Positions 19,468 through 29,271 of a DNA stretch of 64,000 bases are shown one piece after another. This DNA comes from Gemmatimonadales bacterium (lineage in GTDB: Bacteria; Gemmatimonadota; Gemmatimonadetes; Gemmatimonadales; GWC2-71-9). The position numbers were made by a program, and so were the translations under genes. Under the pieces are notes generated by a model, which saw nothing but the letters and a program-made list of their open reading frames with translations, was not told the DNA's origin and made no database searches. The stretch lies in assembly GCA_037189525.1 (NCBI GenBank), contig JBBCJC010000002.1:320001-384000 (forward strand), given 5' to 3'. The first letter of the stretch is position 1. The number at the start of each line of letters is the position of its first letter.

Positions 19468-19932
19468 ACCAACCGGGATGGCTTGTCACAATATCAACAT
19501 CGCGACGCACCTAGCGGGTGTGATGGGAGTCACATCCAACGTACATCCCTAGCGCCTTCCTGTGATGGGGTGCAAGAATTTACACAAAACGGCCGGCAAC
19601 GTTTGGGAAACGCGTGTCGAGCAACAATTGCACTCTATGCCTCGCTGGTACGTAGCTCTTTCGCCTCCCCCCGCATCCGCCGGATGGAATTGACCTGACT
19701 CCTTCTTGTAGGACAAAGGATCGCAGTAGTGTTGGTGCTGTTGTGGCCCTTCCTAAGCAATGATCGGCGATAGGTGAATCAATGTAGCCGTGTCGAGTCA
19801 GGAACGGTGTAAGACCAAGAAAACTGTCGATAGGTACGCAAGGATCGTGTCCACACGGTAGCTACGTATTACTGGCCACGGCATCACACGCGGTCATTCT
19901 CGCGACGCACGGATGTATCGATCCCTTTCAGC

Positions 19933-20400
19933 GTGCCCCTGCAAGCAGCAACTCGACGACGGCGCCCAAACGGCACCCTGCGCCCGATCCGCGCCGAATA
20001 CTTTTTGATCAACATGGTGTCGATAATCATCTTCCCGTTCCTGATCCGCCCCATGCCCGACGTGATCTTCGGCATCGGCGGCGATCGGTTCGACGCCTAC
20101 CTCACCGAGCGGCAACAGAGCCTGCCCGGATTCATCCGAAGCGCATTCCGACCATGATGTTCCTTTATCACACTCGCGCTGCTGAGCGCAGCTATTACCG
20201 CTCCGGCGCAGGACACGCTCCGACTGGAGGCGCTCCACGCCGCCACGCGGGATCGCGACCCGCGGGCGCGCCAGCTGCGGGCGGCGCTGGTGCGCGGTGC
20301 CGATCTCAGCGGTATCGCGGCACCGCTCGGCGCACTGGCGCTACTCGGCCTGCTGGTGTTAACGATCGCGGTCCGCCAGTATTCCAAGACGCACGGTTAG
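19933..20400 (+). pseudogene. Collapsed second copy of the TetR-TolC...permease operon (TetR 3' end, TolC 5' end, permease 3' end)
   Basis: 20030-20277 aligns with 1-247; 20276-20400 aligns with ~6152-6276; frameshifts in the TetR and TolC parts. Confidence 0.88.
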
Positions 20401-20419
20401 CGGCCTCCGAGGAGACTCC

Positions 20420-22096
20420 ATGATTCGCGTCCTGCTGGCTTTCTGTATTGCAGCGCCCCTCACGGCACAATCGGATCTCCGCTCGTTCCTTGAGACCTAC
20501 CAACAGGACCGTGGCGCGCTGCTCCGCCGCTGGGACGCGGAGTACTCTCCCGCGCGTCGAGCACGCCTGGTCCGTTTCTACCAGGAGACCCAGCAGGCCC
20601 TTCGCGCCACCGATTTCAACGCTTTGGACCGAGAAGGGAAGGCGGACTACGTCCTCCTCGACCACCGTCTGATCTACGAACGGGCCCTGCTGGACCTGGA
20701 AGCGCGACGCGCCCGCGACATGGCGCAGCTGGTCCCCTTTGCGCCCGCCGTCTTTCAGCTGCACGAGGCCCGGCGCGACCTGATCCCCGTCGATGGACGA
20801 ATCGCCGCGGATTCACTGGTGGCCATTGCCCGCCAGGCCGATGTGGCCCGGGCCGGACTCACCCGGCTCGACTCGCTGAACCGTCCCTCGCGCGTCACGG
20901 GCCTCCGGACCATCGAGGCCATCGACGGCTTCCGCACCCTGCTCCGCAACTGGTTCCGATTCTCCGAAGGCTACGACCCGATTTTCACCTGGTGGACCCA
21001 GGAACCCTACGGACGCGCCGACAGCGCGCTCGCCCGCTACCAGCGGGCCCTGCGCATCGAACTGGTTGGCCAGGCCCCTGGTGCGCCCGAACCGATCGTG
21101 GGCGACCCCATCGGCGTCGAAGGGATGCGTGCGGACCTGGCGCACGAGATGATTCCCTATTCGCCCGAGGAGCTGATCGCGATTGGTGAGCGGGAGTACG
21201 CCGTAGCCCTGAAGGAAATAATTCGCGCATCACGTGAACTCGGCTTCGGCGACGACTGGCGCCGCGCCGTGGAGCGCGTCAAAACGCTGCACCTTCCGCC
21301 AGGTGGGCAGACGGCACTGAGCACCGAACTGGCGCGCGAAGCAGAGACCTGGGTGCTGGAACGCGATCTTGTCACCATTCCGCCGCTGGCGCGGGAAATC
21401 TGGCGGATGGAGATGCTCTCCCCCGAGCGGCAGCGGGTCGCCCCGTTCTACCTGGGCGGTGAGACGATCCTCGTGGCATTCCCGACCGACGGAATGACCC
21501 ACGAAGAGAAGTTGATGTCGATGCGCGGCAACAACCCGCATTTCACCCGCGCGGTGGTCCATCACGAATTGATCCCCGGACACCATCTCCAGGGGTTCAT
21601 GACGGCGCGCCACTTCCCCTATCGCAGCATGTTCAACACCCCGTTCTGGGGCGAGGGATGGGCACTCTATTGGGAGTTCCGCCTCTACGACCTGGGCTTC
21701 CCGCGATCGGCCGAGGATCGGGTCGGGATGCTGTTCTGGCGGATGCATCGCGCCGCGCGGATCATCTTTTCGCTCAAGTTCCATCTCAACCAGATGACGC
21801 CCGAGCAGGCCATCGACTTCCTGGTCGATCAGGTGGGCCATGAACGTGCCAACGCCGAAGCGGAGGTGCGCCGCTCGTTCAACGGAACCTATCCGCCGCT
21901 CTACCAAGCCGGCTATATGCTGGGAGGCCTCCAGCTGCGCACACTGCACCAGGAATTGGTCGGGTCCGGCAAGATGACAGAACGGGCCTTCCATGATGCA
22001 GTGCTGACGGGCGGGCGAATGCCGATTGCGATGGTGCGCGCCCGGCTTGCGGGGCAGTCGTTCGATCGCTCGGGTCCCGCGCCCTGGCGGTTCTGA
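20420..22096 (+). CDS. DUF885-family secreted protein (putative metallopeptidase)
   Basis: GAGGAG RBS, signal peptide, HELIPGHHLQ and EGWALY motifs. Confidence 0.88.
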   Translation: MIRVLLAFCIAAPLTAQSDLRSFLETYQQDRGALLRRWDAEYSPARRARLVRFYQETQQALRATDFNALDREGKADYVLLDHRLIYERALLDLEARRARDMAQLVPFAPAVFQLHEARRDLIPVDGRIAADSLVAIARQADVARAGLTRLDSLNRPSRVTGLRTIEAIDGFRTLLRNWFRFSEGYDPIFTWWTQEPYGRADSALARYQRALRIELVGQAPGAPEPIVGDPIGVEGMRADLAHEMIPYSPEELIAIGEREYAVALKEIIRASRELGFGDDWRRAVERVKTLHLPPGGQTALSTELAREAETWVLERDLVTIPPLAREIWRMEMLSPERQRVAPFYLGGETILVAFPTDGMTHEEKLMSMRGNNPHFTRAVVHHELIPGHHLQGFMTARHFPYRSMFNTPFWGEGWALYWEFRLYDLGFPRSAEDRVGMLFWRMHRAARIIFSLKFHLNQMTPEQAIDFLVDQVGHERANAEAEVRRSFNGTYPPLYQAGYMLGGLQLRTLHQELVGSGKMTERAFHDAVLTGGRMPIAMVRARLAGQSFDRSGPAPWRF

Positions 22097-22116
22097 CCCG
22101 GGAGTTTGGTCGTAAC

Positions 22117-22162
22117 AAAAAACTGACGGTCCGGTCGGCAAGCCGAGACCGGACCGTCAGTT
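22117..22162 (-). terminator. Intrinsic terminator
   Basis: 16-bp stem AACTGACGGTCCGGTC / GACCGGACCGTCAGTT with a U run on the minus strand, between convergent genes. Confidence 0.85.
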
Positions 22163-22180
22163 GTCGCGCAAAACCCGGCG

Positions 22181-23074
22181 CTACTGCGGGCGATCGAGCC
22201 AGTCGCGCTGGATGTCGCGGGCCCGGGCTCGCGGATGTCGTTTGAGATAGTCCCGAACGTAGCCCCGTTCGACACCATGGCGCCGGAGGTCCATCATGCC
22301 GGGCACATCGGCGGCATCGAGACCCAGTGTCACCATGTCGTCGATCCACGAGAAATCGATACTTCCTGCGACAGCCCCACCAACCGACGCTCCTATCCGG
22401 GCCCCTTCGAGGCCCAGACGCGTCACATCACCGATGAACTGCGGGTTCACCACGCTCAGCGACTGTGAGATGATCCCGCCGATGTCGATCGCGTCGAGCA
22501 CGCGCATGGCGGTCGTGACGCCGACCTGCGCACCATGCGTCGCCTGCTCGACGATTGCCGCCACATCCGGGATATCGCCCTCGGCGACATCGAGATCATA
22601 TCCGGCGTAGCGCCGCCCTTCGCCGCGAGTCTTGCTGCCGACGGCCAGCGACAGCAGCTCGACCGGCGAAGGCTTCGGCCGACCGGCCCGGGTGGCGCGC
22701 TCGACATACGCCGGATCGGCGGCGAACCCGAAGCGACCATCGCCCCAGCCCGCTTCGATCTCACCTTCGAAGGTGATCGTCCCGCTTTCGCGGGTCAGCT
22801 CGAACCGGAGCGGTCGGCCGGTAAAGCCGGTACTGGTAGCCGGGAGTCCACTCAACCCGGCTACCGGTACCGACAGGGACCAGCGGGATGCGTTCCGCCC
22901 GGCTCCCTCAACCAACCGAAGATCGAGACACAATACCCGGCGCGCGACGGCAGGATCGCAGTGCGCCCTGACCAACTCTCCCGTCCAGCGACCGTCGAGA
23001 TCGGCGACCCGGTCGGAACCGACCGGAACCATCGCCAGGGTCGCACTAGCTAAGACAAAGCCCAACTTCAACAT
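22181..23074 (-). CDS. Secreted hypothetical protein
   Basis: GGAGGT RBS before ATG 23074, signal peptide, host-like codon usage, own terminator. Confidence 0.7.
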   Translation of the reverse strand: MLKLGFVLASATLAMVPVGSDRVADLDGRWTGELVRAHCDPAVARRVLCLDLRLVEGAGRNASRWSLSVPVAGLSGLPATSTGFTGRPLRFELTRESGTITFEGEIEAGWGDGRFGFAADPAYVERATRAGRPKPSPVELLSLAVGSKTRGEGRRYAGYDLDVAEGDIPDVAAIVEQATHGAQVGVTTAMRVLDAIDIGGIISQSLSVVNPQFIGDVTRLGLEGARIGASVGGAVAGSIDFSWIDDMVTLGLDAADVPGMMDLRRHGVERGYVRDYLKRHPRARARDIQRDWLDRPQ

Positions 23075-23197
23075 GGAAACCTCCCAACCGGGGGAGCTGG
23101 CTGCGATCGAACCTGGATTGTGAACCCGATACTCAATGAGACACGCCGGCACCCAAAAGTGTTGCACTCACGATCAGACTGCCAGGCCGGTCCATCC

Positions 23198-23225
23198 ACA
23201 ACGAAGCCGGGCACAGATTGTTTCA
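23198..23225 (-). promoter_or_regulatory. Candidate ECF sigma promoter
   Basis: TGAAAC-N16-CGTT upstream of the 23074 start. Confidence 0.45.
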
Positions 23226-23235
23226 GGTGGAAACC

Positions 23236-24150
23236 TCAGCCAACCGGTCGCCCTTCCTCCCGATCGGCGGTGACCAGGAGACCGTGCAACAACTCCTCAT
23301 ACCGATTGGCCAGAAACGAGTGGCAGCCCTCCTGAGCTGACACCCGCGCCTCGGATCGTTCGAGCGCCCGGGAAAGCCAAAGCCCCGCGGCCCCGCCCGC
23401 CGTCTCCGCCGGCCCGAACCAGAGATTCATGACCATGGGAACCTGGCGGGGCAGGAAGCCCCAGTCGCCATACACGGCGCGGAGATCCTCGATTGCCCCT
23501 TCCGGCCCACGCCGGAACGCTTCGCGCACCACGCTCCGGTAGTGTTCCCGCCAATCGGGATCGCGGACGACGGACCGATCCGGCTCGTCCACCACTCCCA
23601 ACAGCCGATCGATGGTGCGATCGGGGTCGGCGACAATCGCCGATGAGACCGCGCGAACCCATCGGGCCACCCACCACGGGAAGTAGCGGGCCGACAGGCG
23701 ACGGAGCTGCTCCCCGATCCCGCCTCCCGTGACGATCGCCCGATCCGGCGAGGCAATACCCGACACGATCCCGACCGCGCGAAGGCGGTGCGCCGCCCGG
23801 AGCGCCGAGGCCATCACGAACGGTGAGGCGCCGCCCCAACCGATCAGCGAGAACCGAGACAGCCCGACCGCTTCGGCAAACCCGATCAGATCGACCGGCC
23901 AGTCCAGTACGGTGCGCCCGGGTTTGGGATCGGACAGGCCAATCCCCGGCCGGTCCGGAGCTAGCAGGCGCACTCCCATACGGCGCGCGGCCCGGTCGAT
24001 GGCGGGCGTCGCAATCTCGAGGCGGCACCCCAGGACCCCATGGACATGCACCACCGGGATGCCCTCCGGATCGCCCGCCTCGGCGTAGCTCACGAGTCGA
24101 CCGTCACCCAGGGTGACCCGGTGCTCGACCACCGTCGCCGAAGTCGTCAT
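23236..24150 (-). CDS. Alpha/beta hydrolase fold protein with degenerate nucleophile elbow
   Basis: YAEAGDPEG, HG, PDRPGIGLSDP; GWGGA where GxSxG is expected. Confidence 0.85.
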   Translation of the reverse strand: MTTSATVVEHRVTLGDGRLVSYAEAGDPEGIPVVHVHGVLGCRLEIATPAIDRAARRMGVRLLAPDRPGIGLSDPKPGRTVLDWPVDLIGFAEAVGLSRFSLIGWGGASPFVMASALRAAHRLRAVGIVSGIASPDRAIVTGGGIGEQLRRLSARYFPWWVARWVRAVSSAIVADPDRTIDRLLGVVDEPDRSVVRDPDWREHYRSVVREAFRRGPEGAIEDLRAVYGDWGFLPRQVPMVMNLWFGPAETAGGAAGLWLSRALERSEARVSAQEGCHSFLANRYEELLHGLLVTADREEGRPVG

Positions 24151-24251
24151 CGTGCCGTCATCATCTTGCCACCTTCGGGAAACCAGCCTGCCATTCGACT
24201 ATCCTAACCTAGCTGCAATCCCCAGCCTCGAGGACGAACCATGCCCACCTC

Positions 24252-24638
24252 ATGTCCCGGTCCAGAAACACGCTCGCCACCGAGATGAACGTCCTGCCAT
24301 TGATCGATGTGCTGCTGGTGCTCGTGGTCGCCTTCTTCATGGTGCAGCAGGTCCGCATGGTCACGGAGATTCAGCTGCCCGCCGCGAGCCAGGCACAGGG
24401 CAATCCCTATCAGATCGTCCTGGCCATCGCCGCCGACGGGACGTTCACCCTGAACGGGCACGCCGTCCCGGACGCCGACCTGGAGCGCACCCTCACGGCA
24501 ATTTACCGCGATCGGCCGTCCAAGGTTCTGTTCATCAAAGCCGCCGGGGAGCGATCGTACCAGGACGTGGTCCGGGTCATCGACCGGGCCAAAGGCGCCG
24601 GCGTCCAGATCGTGGCCATCGTCCCGCGAGGCCGCTGA
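24252..24638 (+). CDS. exbD: ExbD/TolR-family biopolymer transport protein
   Basis: EMNVLPLIDVLLVLVVAFFM, LFIKA...YQDVVRVID. Confidence 0.88.
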   Translation: MSRSRNTLATEMNVLPLIDVLLVLVVAFFMVQQVRMVTEIQLPAASQAQGNPYQIVLAIAADGTFTLNGHAVPDADLERTLTAIYRDRPSKVLFIKAAGERSYQDVVRVIDRAKGAGVQIVAIVPRGR

Positions 24639-24711
24639 CCCGCACCTCGCGCCAACGGGGCGACGTCCATTACGATTTGACTGTCCTTCGCTCTCCGCAA
24701 GTGAGGTTCCG

Positions 24712-25905
24712 ATGAAGTTTTTCCGCGTCGCGGCCCTGGCATTGCTGCTGCCCCTCGCCCTGGCCGGCCAGACCAAACCGCGCGCCCGTCAGCTGGGCAT
24801 CCCGCTCGACGGGCGCCCCGGCCCCCTCAACGCCATTACCGACGTCGCCGGGATCGAGGTCGGGATGACGACGCTGATCTCGGGCAACGGCCCACTGGTC
24901 CGCGGCAAAGGACCGATCCGCACCGGCGTCACGGCCATCCTGCCCCGCGGCAAGCAGGGCAGCCAACCGGTCTACGGTGCCTGGTTCACCCTGAACGGCA
25001 ACGGCGAGATGACCGGGACGACCTGGCTCGAGGAGTCGGGCTTGCTGAGCGGACCGGTCATGATCACCAACACCCACAGCGTCGGCGCGGTGCACGAAGG
25101 GACGATCGACTGGTCCGTCAATCGCGACCGGCCCTACGCCTGGCTCCTGCCGGTCGTCGCCGAGACGTACGACGGCGGCCTCAACGACATCAACGGCTTC
25201 CATGTCACCAAGGCGCACGCGATAGCCGCGCTCGATGCCGCCAAGCCGGGCCCGGTGGCCGAAGGTAACGTGGGCGGCGGGACCGGCATGACCTGTCACC
25301 AGTTCAAGGCCGGCACCGGCACGTCATCGCGCCGGATCAGCGTGCTCGACCAGGAGTACACCGTCGGCGTGCTGGTGCAGTGCAATTACGGGGGACGGGC
25401 GCGGTTCAGCGTCGCCGGGGCGCCGGTGGGTCAGGAGATCACCGACCTGCTGCCCTGCTACACCATTGCGGCGCCGGCCGGCACGCGCACCCGCCCGATG
25501 TGCGACGCCGGCGGCGGCGAAGACCAGGGCGACACCGGCTCGATCATCGTCGTGGTGGCCACCGACGTGCCACTCCTGCCGCACCAGCTCAAGCGGGTGA
25601 TCAAGCGCGCCTCGCTGGGCATCGGCCGGATGGGCGGCATCGGCGGCGACTCCTCGGGCGACATCTTCGTCGCCTTCTCGACTGCGAATGCCGGCGCTGG
25701 CGCCTCCGATCGCCTCGTGACCGTGCAGACCATCCCGAACGACGCGATCAACCCGGTCTTCGAAGCCACCATCGACGCGACGGCCGAAGCGATCCTGAAC
25801 GCGATGCTGGCGGCCGAGACGATGACGGGCGCGAACGGTTACCGGGTCCATGCCCTGCCGCACGATCGGCTGGTTGCTGCGCTCAAGAAGTACGGACGGA
25901 TGTAG
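24712..25905 (+). CDS. DmpA-like aminopeptidase (P1/S58)
   Basis: NAITDVAGIEVG, EGNVGGGTGM, autoprocessing GSII motif, SGDIFVAFST. Confidence 0.92.
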   Translation: MKFFRVAALALLLPLALAGQTKPRARQLGIPLDGRPGPLNAITDVAGIEVGMTTLISGNGPLVRGKGPIRTGVTAILPRGKQGSQPVYGAWFTLNGNGEMTGTTWLEESGLLSGPVMITNTHSVGAVHEGTIDWSVNRDRPYAWLLPVVAETYDGGLNDINGFHVTKAHAIAALDAAKPGPVAEGNVGGGTGMTCHQFKAGTGTSSRRISVLDQEYTVGVLVQCNYGGRARFSVAGAPVGQEITDLLPCYTIAAPAGTRTRPMCDAGGGEDQGDTGSIIVVVATDVPLLPHQLKRVIKRASLGIGRMGGIGGDSSGDIFVAFSTANAGAGASDRLVTVQTIPNDAINPVFEATIDATAEAILNAMLAAETMTGANGYRVHALPHDRLVAALKKYGRM

Positions 25906-25917
25906 CGCGACGCCGAT

Positions 25918-26826
25918 TCAGACGCTCCGGCCCAATCCGGCCGGAGCGCGCGCCCGCCCGACGACGCCGGTCAGCGCTACCAGCGCCAGAAGATACGGCA
26001 ACATCAGGAAGACCTGATACGGTACGGCAAGGCCCATGGCCTGAAAGGCGAACTGCAGCGCGGTCGCCGCGCCGAAGCACCCGGCCGCCACGAGCGCACC
26101 AAGCGGATGCCATCGGCCGAGTACCACGATAGCAATCGCGATGAAGCCGCGCCCGGCGGTCATCCGCTCCGTGAAGGCTCCGACCTGTGCCAGCACCAGC
26201 GTGGCCCCACCGATCCCTGCGAATACGCCGCCGATGATGACGGCCGCCGTTTGTCGCCAGCGGACCGCCACGCCGGCCGCGCGCGCCGCCGAGGCGAGCT
26301 CGCCGACCGCGCGGAGCCGGAGCCCCGAGGTGGTACGGAAGAGGTACCAGGCCATTCCGAGCGCAGCTAGCATGGCCAGATAGGTGAGCCACGGTTGCCG
26401 GAACAGCGCAGGCCCGAGCCCGGGAATGGCTTCGAGGCCGGGAACATTCGCCGGGGAAAAGGTGGGCACCGACAGCCCGCCCGTCGTGCCATGCGCCGCC
26501 TGACGGTACCACATCCCGGTCAGCCCGATCGACGCCAGCGTCACCGCCGTACCCGCAATGATCTGATCGGTCCGCGCCCAGATCGCAATCGCGGCAAAGG
26601 CAGCGGCCACCGCGCCACCAGCCAGCATCGCAGCGGCCACACCCGCCCAGGGATCACCGGTCGACGAGGCCACGAGCGCTGCGGCCAGACAGCCGGCGAG
26701 CATCGCACCCTCAACGGACAGGTTGATCACCCCGGCGCGCTCCGCCAGCACTTCGCCCAGCGCCGCCCAGGTGAGCGGTGTCGCGATCCGAATGGCCGCC
26801 GCCACGAAACCGATGATCGGATCCAT
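25918..26826 (-). CDS. Nucleoside/sugar-type ABC permease
   Basis: AALGEVLAERAGVINLSVEG, AGRGFIAIA. Confidence 0.9.
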   Translation of the reverse strand: MDPIIGFVAAAIRIATPLTWAALGEVLAERAGVINLSVEGAMLAGCLAAALVASSTGDPWAGVAAAMLAGGAVAAAFAAIAIWARTDQIIAGTAVTLASIGLTGMWYRQAAHGTTGGLSVPTFSPANVPGLEAIPGLGPALFRQPWLTYLAMLAALGMAWYLFRTTSGLRLRAVGELASAARAAGVAVRWRQTAAVIIGGVFAGIGGATLVLAQVGAFTERMTAGRGFIAIAIVVLGRWHPLGALVAAGCFGAATALQFAFQAMGLAVPYQVFLMLPYLLALVALTGVVGRARAPAGLGRSV

Positions 26827-26827
26827 C

Positions 26828-27859
26828 TCAACCACCCGCGTCCGCGCGTAGCAAGCGAGCGCGACTGACACTGAGTAACGCCACGACGATGATGACGGCC
26901 TGGACCACGTAGACCGCGACCGCCGGGACGCCCGCCTCACGCTGCATCCCCGCCGCCCCGGCCTCGAGCGCCCCGAAGCCGAGTCCGGCCACGATGACAC
27001 CGAGCGGATGTAACCGCGCAATCAGCGCCACCGCAATCGCCGTGAACCCGTACCCCGGCGACAGGTTCGCATAGAGCGCATAGGTCACGCCCGAGACCTC
27101 GAAGGCGCCGGCGAGTCCGGCCAGTCCGCCGGAGATCGCCAGCGCGAGGGCCAGCACCCGAGGCGCGTCGATCCGGCCCGATACCCACGACGCGCGGGGC
27201 GATTCGCCGACCGCGCGGAGACGGAAACCCCAGGCGCTTCGGGTGAACAGAATCCAGAAGATCAGCCCCAGCACCAGGACGACGAGCAGCCCCAGATGCA
27301 GCCGCGAGCCCGGCAGCACCGGCAGGCGCGCAGCGGCGGGGATTGGATCACTTTGCGGATAGATCCGGCTGGCTTCCTGGAGCGGTCCGTGCACCATGAA
27401 ACTGACCACCGCCTCCGCGACGAAGTTGAGCAACAGGGTGCTGATCACTTCGAGCACGCCGAACCGGAGGCGCAACCAGATCGGGACCGCAATCCAGATC
27501 ACGCCAGCCAGGCAGCCGGTCAGCGCCACGGCAACGATGGCGACGGGGCCGGGCCAGCCGCCGACCTGCATCGCCATCCAGGTCGCCCCCACCGCCCCGA
27601 CCGTAAACTGCCCCTCGGCGCCGATGTTGAGCCCGCCGGCTCGAAAGGCCACCGCGAGACCGAGTCCGATGAGGATCAAGGGAACGGCCCGGACCAGGGT
27701 CGCCGACCCGAACGCATACCATGACCCGAAGGCGCCCCGCCAGAGCGCACCGAGCGCGAGGGGCGCGTCGTATCCGAGAACGGCAAGGCCCAGCATCAGC
27801 AGGAGCAGCCCGGCCAGCACCGCGGCAATCGGAACGAGGAGCGGACGCAGGTACCTCAC
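26828..27859 (-). CDS. Nucleoside/sugar-type ABC permease
   Basis: NIGAEGQ, EVISTLLLN, GYGFTAIAVAL. Confidence 0.9.
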   Translation of the reverse strand: MRYLRPLLVPIAAVLAGLLLLMLGLAVLGYDAPLALGALWRGAFGSWYAFGSATLVRAVPLILIGLGLAVAFRAGGLNIGAEGQFTVGAVGATWMAMQVGGWPGPVAIVAVALTGCLAGVIWIAVPIWLRLRFGVLEVISTLLLNFVAEAVVSFMVHGPLQEASRIYPQSDPIPAAARLPVLPGSRLHLGLLVVLVLGLIFWILFTRSAWGFRLRAVGESPRASWVSGRIDAPRVLALALAISGGLAGLAGAFEVSGVTYALYANLSPGYGFTAIAVALIARLHPLGVIVAGLGFGALEAGAAGMQREAGVPAVAVYVVQAVIIVVALLSVSRARLLRADAGG

Positions 27860-29271
27860 CCTGCCCCCTCGAGCATCAGCCGTCCCAGCTGCTCTCGCGT
27901 CGTTGCTTCGGGAACCGGCAGCACCACGCCACGATGCACGACCACGATCCGGCTGGCGAGTTCGAGAACTTCGTCCAGGTCGGTCGAATAGACCAGGACG
28001 CCGGCGCCCTCGGCAGCTGCGCTCCGCAATCGCGCGTGGACGGCCGCAGCCGCTTGAAAGTCCAGACCCCGGGTCGGATTCTCCGCAACGACCACTCGGG
28101 GAGCCAGATCGAGCGCCCGGGCCAGGATCAGTTTCTGCTGGTTGCCCCCCGACAGGGTTCGGGCCGGAACATCCGCGCCCGGCGCCCGCACATCATGCGC
28201 ACCAAGCAGATACTCGGTGCGCTCGGCCGCACCCCGCCAGTCGATCCAGCCTCGCCGAGTCCACCGCCCGAGCTGGCCCAGCACGAGGTTCTCGGTCAGG
28301 CTGAAGCCCGGTATCAAGCCCTCGGTGGTTCGATCACCCGGAATGAAGGCCACCGGCGGCATCACGACGTCGGCAGCGGCTCGGGGCACCACGCCCGCGA
28401 TGCGCCGGAGCAGTTCCCATTCTCCGTTGCCCTCGACCGCCGCGACACCGACGATCTCGCCGGCGCGAACGGCGACACCGGACACCTGCACGACGATGTC
28501 GCCAGTCTGAGCCGATACCTCGGACCGCTCCTCGAGACCGGCCCCGGAGCCGAGCATTGCCGCGGCCAGGGTGGAGGCGGTCTGTTCCGCGACCGCACCC
28601 GACCAGACCACCTCGCCCCGCCGCAGTACCGTGACCCGGTCCGCCACTGCCAACGCCTCGGCCAGCTTATGGGTAATCAGGACCACCGCCCCGCCCTGGT
28701 CGGCGAACTCGCGGAGCAGTTGAAGCAACTCCGTGCTTTCCTCGTGGGTTAGCAGCCCGGTAGGCTCGTCGAGCAGGAGCACGCTGGCATCGGTCGCCAA
28801 CGCCTGCAGGATCTCCAGACGCTGCTTACCGCCGACGCCCAGATCCTCGGCGCGCACAGCCGGATCGAGTCCCTGCCAAAGCCTAGCCCGGGTGCGGTCG
28901 AGGCGATCGGAGGTCGAGGCCGAGGCGGGCGGGCTACCGACGGGATGGCGGACCTGGCCGGCAGCCAGCCAGAGGTTCTCCCGGACCGTCATGGCCGGCA
29001 CAGACGTGAAGTGCTGGTGGACCATCCCCAGGCCACGCGCCTTGGCATCGCGCGGACCGGCGAGACGCACGGTCTCCCCGCGAATCCGAATCGTTCCGCT
29101 GTCGGGCATGACCAGGCCGAACGCTATCTGCATCAGCGTCGATTTCCCCGCCCCGTTTTCGCCGAGCAAAGCATGGATTTCTCCGGGCGCCAGAACGAAA
29201 TCGGCCCCGTCCAGAGCCTGAACGGAGCCGTACCGCTTGCCGATGCCGGCGAGTTCGAGAACGGGAGTCAC
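27856..29271 (-). CDS. ABC ATP-binding protein with two ATPase domains
   Basis: GENGAGKS, LLLDEPT, LSGGNQQK, NPTRGLD. Confidence 0.93.
   Translation of the reverse strand: MTPVLELAGIGKRYGSVQALDGADFVLAPGEIHALLGENGAGKSTLMQIAFGLVMPDSGTIRIRGETVRLAGPRDAKARGLGMVHQHFTSVPAMTVRENLWLAAGQVRHPVGSPPASASTSDRLDRTRARLWQGLDPAVRAEDLGVGGKQRLEILQALATDASVLLLDEPTGLLTHEESTELLQLLREFADQGGAVVLITHKLAEALAVADRVTVLRRGEVVWSGAVAEQTASTLAAAMLGSGAGLEERSEVSAQTGDIVVQVSGVAVRAGEIVGVAAVEGNGEWELLRRIAGVVPRAAADVVMPPVAFIPGDRTTEGLIPGFSLTENLVLGQLGRWTRRGWIDWRGAAERTEYLLGAHDVRAPGADVPARTLSGGNQQKLILARALDLAPRVVVAENPTRGLDFQAAAAVHARLRSAAAEGAGVLVYSTDLDEVLELASRIVVVHRGVVLPVPEATTREQLGRLMLEGAG

Larger units (their letters stand above)
6600..19900. 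other. Lower-GC genomic island carrying a lasso-peptide cluster (boundaries approximate)
   Basis: Frequent A/T-ending codons (cta, tta, ata) unlike the flanks; gene remnants at both ends; no integrase or tRNA seen. Confidence 0.8.

Noticed and set aside
6600..19900. Island as prophage, ICE or transposon
   Set aside because: No integrase, transposase, phage or conjugation genes, att-like short repeats or tRNA detected.
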